Of a stretch of 64,000 nt of DNA, positions 59,351 through 64,000 are shown in pieces. The DNA comes from Candidatus Latescibacterota bacterium (GTDB lineage Bacteria; Latescibacterota; UBA2968; SICM01): NCBI GenBank assembly GCA_965217865.1, contig CBDCJO010000002.1, positions 4,832,001 through 4,896,000 of the forward strand, read 5' to 3'. Below the pieces are notes generated by a model that worked only from the letters and a program-made list of their open reading frames with translations, was not told the DNA's origin and did not search any database. A program made the position numbers and the translations under genes. Positions within the stretch are counted from its first letter, which is position 1; the number at the start of each line of letters is the position of its first letter.

Positions 59351-60163
59351 CTACCTGTCAAGATCCTCCCGGTCATCCTCGTCTTCTTTTCCATAAACAC
59401 CCTTCGCTTTTTCCCTTTTAAAGCTCGTCCCGGCCTTTAAAGACTCATCGACCGTCTTATAGATGAACTCCGTCATGTAAGAGGGCAGGTTCTGCATGAG
59501 GGCATATGCGAGAGATCCCAGGAGGCATAAAACTGTGATGGCAACATAGATTGTCAGATTATTTGATTTTCGCTTCCTGGAAGGGTTGCGATGGCTTCGC
59601 CTTCTCCGTGAATGCTCGTGCGGTTCAGCCTGCTCCGATTCTCGTCGAGGTGGGAGGATTGACGAATCCGCCCCCGGGGTGGGAGGTCTCGGAGGAGGGG
59701 ATGGGGGGGACACCCTCGCCTCTACGGGATCCGCCCGCCTGGAAGGCGATGGTTCCGCAGGGGGGGGAGGCGGCTGTATGCTTGACGGTGAAGACCGGAA
59801 CAGCTTCTGAATCGTGAATTTGATCTCTTCGAGCTGAAACGGCTTAGACAAAAATCCGTTCGCCCCTTTCCGACTAAGTTCATCTATCTTGTCTTTATCC
59901 AGGAAGGCCGAGATGATGACGATCGGCAGGGTCTGATCCTGCTCCCGAATGAAATCCAGCATCTTTTCCCCCTGGATCGTGGGCATTTGCAGGTCTAGGA
60001 GGACAAGGTCCGGAGCGTTGTGGGTTATCATGTCGATGGCCTCTGTCCAGTTCGATGTGGTCAGGATTTCGAAGCCAAGCGAGCCAAGATAGGTTTTGAG
60101 CAGTTTGAGAACATCCGGTTCGTCGTCCAGGACAAGGATGCGCAGATGCTTAGCGGTGTCCAT
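59351..60163 (-). CDS. Response regulator receiver with Pro-rich linker and C-terminal TM helix
   Basis: ILVLDDE, DLVLLDLQMP, IISA, GA..FL.KPF; Pro-rich and Arg-rich segments; TM YVAITVLCLLGSLAYAL; start at MDTAK after AAGGA. Confidence 0.85.
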   Translation of the reverse strand: MDTAKHLRILVLDDEPDVLKLLKTYLGSLGFEILTTSNWTEAIDMITHNAPDLVLLDLQMPTIQGEKMLDFIREQDQTLPIVIISAFLDKDKIDELSRKGANGFLSKPFQLEEIKFTIQKLFRSSPSSIQPPPPPAEPSPSRRADPVEARVSPPSPPPRPPTPGADSSILPPRRESEQAEPHEHSRRRRSHRNPSRKRKSNNLTIYVAITVLCLLGSLAYALMQNLPSYMTEFIYKTVDESLKAGTSFKREKAKGVYGKEDEDDREDLDR

Positions 60164-60189
60164 AATTTCCTTAACCCAGAAGGTTAAAC

Positions 60190-60334
60190 AAAAAGCCGCA
60201 TCTTTACCGAGGCGGCGTAAAGGGTTCACCGTATGCGTGTTATGTAGGTTTTCATGAAGCTTCCTCCCGAAGAGGAGGTGCAAAACATTACATCAAACCT
60301 TTCTTACTCTATGAACAAGCGGAATTAAAGTCAA
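60190..60334 (-). promoter_or_regulatory. Promoter plus candidate leader-peptide attenuator
   Basis: TTGACT-17 bp-TAGAGT (60334..60306); GGAGG then ORF MKTYITRIR (60255..60226); overlapping antiterminator and terminator stems followed by T5. Confidence 0.55.
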
Positions 60335-60364
60335 GAATAAATCCCAGCTTGGTGAAAGCTAAGA

Positions 60365-61306
60365 TCAGCTTTCTTCCAAAAGATCGAAGATCGATTCGTT
60401 CAATTTCATAGTTTTTAGGCTGTCCTTTAAATCCGGGAAAAGTCTCTTGCGGGCAAGGACACAATCCACGAAATATCGGGTTTCACGGAAGGAACTGCCC
60501 CATTCGAAAGGGTCGGAACCACCGATGATGTCCCTGTCGGACATCGTTTCTTCCTCGGTTTTTGTCCGGGAGACACTCAGGGTCCCTTTCTGGTGGTCGA
60601 TGGATAATGAGATTCCATCGGCGTGTATCTCATAACATTCCAGGGTGATTCCGCAATAGTGTATTTCCTGATAGGTCCCCTGGGACCCGTTTTCAAACTC
60701 CAGGGTTGCCGACAGACTGTCCATTTCCCCCCCCGGCCTCCTGTGAGCTTTTGCAGTAACCCCCCGGACATCTCCACCTAGACAACGCATCATATCCAGC
60801 CCGTGTATCCCCGCGTGTTCACGTTCTAGAGGTGATGCATATGTGCGGTAGAATCTCCCTGTGATCCGCATGCCATCTTCCTTATGAACCATGTCCATCG
60901 CCTTTTGCACCACCGGTGAAAAACGTCTGTTAAAACCGACCATGTTGCAGCAGTCGTTCTTTTCCGCTGCTTCCAGCATCGCGGAGGTCTCGGCTGGGTT
61001 GATGCCGGGTGACTTCTCGACACTGACCGCCAGTCCCTTCTCAAAACAGGGAATCACCACATCCTTTAGCCGGGATGGACGTATGATCACAAAGACAGCG
61101 TCCAGATCCACCTCCTCGATCATTTTTTGAAAATCCGTATATCCCTTTTTTACTCCATATTTTTCCATCGCGGTGTTAAGACGTCGGTCATCCAGGTCGC
61201 ACAGGGCTTCCAGGGATACCTGACCGAGTCTATGGAGCTGGGGAAGATGGGACGAGTTGGCGTGCATGGCCCCGCAGCCGATCAAAGCTAACTTTATCTT
61301 CTTCAC
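60365..61306 (-). CDS. Gfo/Idh/MocA-family oxidoreductase
   Basis: LIGCG, CD.D, DAV, VEKSP, VGFNRRFSP, GIH.LD; GTG start chosen at VKKIK. Confidence 0.9.
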   Translation of the reverse strand: MKKIKLALIGCGAMHANSSHLPQLHRLGQVSLEALCDLDDRRLNTAMEKYGVKKGYTDFQKMIEEVDLDAVFVIIRPSRLKDVVIPCFEKGLAVSVEKSPGINPAETSAMLEAAEKNDCCNMVGFNRRFSPVVQKAMDMVHKEDGMRITGRFYRTYASPLEREHAGIHGLDMMRCLGGDVRGVTAKAHRRPGGEMDSLSATLEFENGSQGTYQEIHYCGITLECYEIHADGISLSIDHQKGTLSVSRTKTEEETMSDRDIIGGSDPFEWGSSFRETRYFVDCVLARKRLFPDLKDSLKTMKLNESIFDLLEES

Positions 61307-61398
61307 GTGAGCAGCGTTTCCCTGAATCGAACGGTCCGTCGTGCGGTTTTTCGGTTGATGGTCCACCCAAAGGGTGAGCTTGACGGGATGTAGTGTAA

Positions 61399-61757
61399 TT
61401 ACTTCGATACGGAAATTCGGATGCTGGTTTCCGAAAGGGCAAACACACAGGAACTCCTGTCACCTCCGATGCTCTTACGCCAGATGTCTCTTGGGTAGGG
61501 TCGTCCCGGCACGGGGGCCCCGTCGAGCTCGATCGAAGCAGTGTCGCAAAAAAAGAGCACGGTGAAAAAGTCCAGATCCTCCCTGAAGGTGGGTGCCGGG
61601 CCCTCCGTGATGACCGGGGGTTGGATCTGAGACCATGTTGCAACAACCAGACGGCCATTGGTTTTAATGGACCAGGTCGGCGAGGTTCTAATATCCCCTC
61701 CCCGGGAGATCTCGGCATCGAACAGGGGAAGGTCCCTGTCGAAAGGATTCCCCTTTC
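61399..61757 (-). pseudogene. Probable 3' fragment of a hypothetical gene truncated by a heptamer-repeat element
   Basis: Protein-like C-terminal region (FTVLFF...A.I..DG....G.P......W......SSC.FALSET), but the N-terminal part of ORF 61399..61857 runs through repeat H2. Confidence 0.4.
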
Positions 61758-61868
61758 CCCGTGGATCGTGACTCGTGATTCGGGGATCGGAAAAACCCGT
61801 ATCTTGTCGATTAAAACCCTTGACCGTTCCTAAATCATTCGGATCTTCGCGAATCACGAATCACGAGT
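61757..61868 (+). repeat. Heptamer-repeat hairpin element (family H2)
   Basis: CCGTGGATCGTGACTCGTGATTCGGGGATCGGAAAA...GCGAATCACGAATCACGAG, directly after the stop of 61869..63581. Confidence 0.75.
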
Positions 61869-63581
61869 TTATCCGTTGGTCTGATAGTACCTGGGATCTC
61901 CCCCCCGGTCTCCGATCCATTTGAAAGTGAGGACGCGGAAGTAGTCGTTCCCTTTTCCGGCCTCCTGCCAGGCCTTCAGCTCTTCCTGGTGGCCAATGCG
62001 CTTCATCATAGCCCACTCGCTGATGCGGAAGACCCGGGAATAGGTGTCCCACATGGTGATGCCGTCGCAGCCGAGATCGTAGAGCGTCTGCGCGGAGTAG
62101 AGAGAAGCGGCCGGGGGCTGGCGGCGGGGATAGAGGTCGGGATAGAGCTTTATGTCGGTTCCTTTGAGCAGATCGACAATCGGTTTCAGCCACTTCTCAG
62201 CGGACATGGCCACGGTAGGATGGGGCATCAGGTAATCGATCAGGCCCTCCTTGACGATGGTCTCCACGTCTACCCCCCACATGAGGTTGCTTTCAAAGGT
62301 GGTATTCACGTTATAAGCGATCTCGAGTTTCTGGCCCCTCTTTTTTCCCCTTTCATCAACCGCTGTTCTGAGCTCGCGGGCGAACTGCGTGACGAAGGAG
62401 GACATCACCTTCCAAAACCTCGGGTCTTCGTCTGGACATTCCCTGGGATCCTCGCCGTATTCCTCGCGAAACTTCTGAATCACCGGCTCCTCGTAAAGCA
62501 CGAACGGCCACGAACGACAGAAGATGACGTGGACGCCGTCAAACCCGTAATCCAGGGATTCGCAACACAGGTCGATCCAGTACTTTCTCACCTCGGGGAA
62601 GGCCAGGCTGAGGTGCGCGATGCTCCTTCCGGCCTTGTCCAGGCAGTGGAACTGAGGATATCGATCGTAGAAGGTTCCCGTCTCCATCTCGAGCGGCACC
62701 GGCTTGGGGCCCTGGAGCCGGAGGCTGGGGAAGATGCGCAGGCCTGTCGCGTGGGCGGCCTTGATCGCTTCGGCCATGAAATCGATGCCGTCGGCCTCAA
62801 GGGCCATTAGATTATGGTGCCAGCGGTCGATGCTGGCGTGGCGGTCGAAGGGATTATATTCCTTGGGCTGGGTTCGTCCGATGCGAGTGCGGTATGAGCA
62901 GTTTTCACCCTTGAAGGTGGCCCAGAGCATGATCCCAACGTCGGTGTCGCGGTAGGGTTCGAACTGTGACCAGATGTCCTCTTTTGTAGTTAGGCTACTG
63001 AAGATTCCGCCGTCGTTCATGGCCATCAACCGACGGGTGTCGTCTCTGGGCAACTCCTCCCGGTACCCTTCAATGTCCTCTTCGGAAAGGGGAACGAGTC
63101 GAACGTGGACAAGGTTGCTGTACATTTCCGCATAGCCCTTGCCCGAATTGAAGCGGCTGATGATCAAATCCTGGCCGGTGAGGTCGGCCACCTTCCAGAA
63201 GGCTTCTGAAAGCTGATGGTCTATGAAGGCTTTGTCGGTATGAAAATGGACAAGATCCGGTGGAATGCTGTTATAATCCTTCAGGGACTGAGACTCTTCC
63301 CGCACCAGTGAGTAGGCCGGGTCGTCGGTAAGGCGCACGCGGACGTGGGCGGAACCGAATTGCCCCGGGTAATGAACCCCCAGGTAGATCGCGTGGTATC
63401 CCTGGACGTTCAGGGGGAGGGTCAGGGGAACGGATTCCATACGGGGGCCGGAATAGACCATGGTTCCCTTAAATTCCTCGGTCTCGTAATCGATCAGCCT
63501 CCAGGTACCGGGTCGGCACTCCCTGTCCAAGGCATAGCCGGGTTGGCACGCGCTGAGGTCGGAGAGAATGACTTCTTTCAA
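61869..63581 (-). CDS. GHL10-like glycoside hydrolase family protein (paralogue of 55173..56918)
   Basis: Same architecture: LSLAFPEV, GFDGV, YEEPV..KF...YGEDP, DVET.VKEGL.D.L, D.YPRR.P, SEW....R.GH, DPRY. Confidence 0.65.
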   Translation of the reverse strand: MKEVILSDLSACQPGYALDRECRPGTWRLIDYETEEFKGTMVYSGPRMESVPLTLPLNVQGYHAIYLGVHYPGQFGSAHVRVRLTDDPAYSLVREESQSLKDYNSIPPDLVHFHTDKAFIDHQLSEAFWKVADLTGQDLIISRFNSGKGYAEMYSNLVHVRLVPLSEEDIEGYREELPRDDTRRLMAMNDGGIFSSLTTKEDIWSQFEPYRDTDVGIMLWATFKGENCSYRTRIGRTQPKEYNPFDRHASIDRWHHNLMALEADGIDFMAEAIKAAHATGLRIFPSLRLQGPKPVPLEMETGTFYDRYPQFHCLDKAGRSIAHLSLAFPEVRKYWIDLCCESLDYGFDGVHVIFCRSWPFVLYEEPVIQKFREEYGEDPRECPDEDPRFWKVMSSFVTQFARELRTAVDERGKKRGQKLEIAYNVNTTFESNLMWGVDVETIVKEGLIDYLMPHPTVAMSAEKWLKPIVDLLKGTDIKLYPDLYPRRQPPAASLYSAQTLYDLGCDGITMWDTYSRVFRISEWAMMKRIGHQEELKAWQEAGKGNDYFRVLTFKWIGDRGGDPRYYQTNG

Positions 63582-63604
63582 AAGGAAACTCCTTTCCTGA
63601 ATGG

Positions 63605-64000
63605 TTATGGGTTTTGAAAATCTTGATCGTTTGAAGATTCACAGGAGATCATCACAATTGCCTGAGGGGCCTCGAAGAAGCGCTCCCAGCTTTCCCCGCG
63701 GTCTCCCTGCTCCTGTAGAGTCCCGCATCCACCACAGCCCACGCTGTGCCTTCTGGCGAGAACGCTATATGGAAAGTGTCGATGTTCCCTTCCGTAGAGG
63801 CCGGAAACCCCTTCGTGACGTGTGTCCAGGTTTTACCCGCGTCGTCCGTGCGGTAGAGCTTTCCTCGGGCATCCGTGCTGGTCGGGCCGTCGCTTACAGA
63901 GGCGAGAAGACAGTCGGGATCCCGAGGATGGACGGCGATGGCCCTTCCGTAGCGCTGCTTCAATCCTTTTGATCGGTGCATCCACGCCCCCCCGCGGTCT
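63605..64000 (-). CDS. BNR/Asp-box beta-propeller protein, C-terminal part (5' end outside window; apparent frameshift near 63705)
   Basis: A.AVHPRDP, LYRTDDAGKTW; the final Asp box LYRS/DRGESW is split across frames, and the shifted frame stops at 63605. Confidence 0.7.

Noticed and set aside
1-64000. Many long antisense or overlapping ORFs in the track (e.g. 24029..24994, 27404..28264, 55710..56600), and possible tRNA/rRNA genes
   Set aside because: Shadow ORFs are expected opposite real genes in GC-rich DNA; no tRNA cloverleaf or rRNA signature was seen by eye, and tRNAscan-SE or Infernal would be needed to exclude them

Overview
Gene-dense 64 kb chromosomal window from a moderately GC-rich, diderm bacterium. 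The GWxTD protein, dockerin-like 'DFDDFFLFAxxFG' EF-hand modules and several uncharacterised glycosidase-like paralogues suggest a Latescibacterota-like lineage (inference only). Recognisable genes include clpB, an MscS channel, mltF (with an exact tandem duplication of its 5' end), moaB-larC(N-domain), dksA-like, cadC-like/cadA, sthA, ybaK-lutABC and an SPL-like radical SAM gene divergent from a 3Fe-4S-type ferredoxin. There is a decayed phage-like island at about 8.7-11.7 kb, one IS1380, and a locus of apparently signal-peptide-less glycosidase-like genes at 46.5-64 kb. I saw no rRNA, tRNA or CRISPR array. The most unusual signals are non-coding: dispersed heptamer-repeat hairpin elements just after stop codons, a nested deletion series of an IS200-type tnpA element, REP-like mosaics, a consensus sigma-54 promoter for clpB, and a candidate leader-peptide attenuator (MKTYITRIR) before a membrane-anchored response regulator. 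The IS1380 also shows an apparent context-biased A>G substitution pattern. Several small indel frameshifts, some in G runs, suggest consensus errors in the assembly, so pseudogene calls are provisional. All family assignments come from motif recognition; no searches were run.
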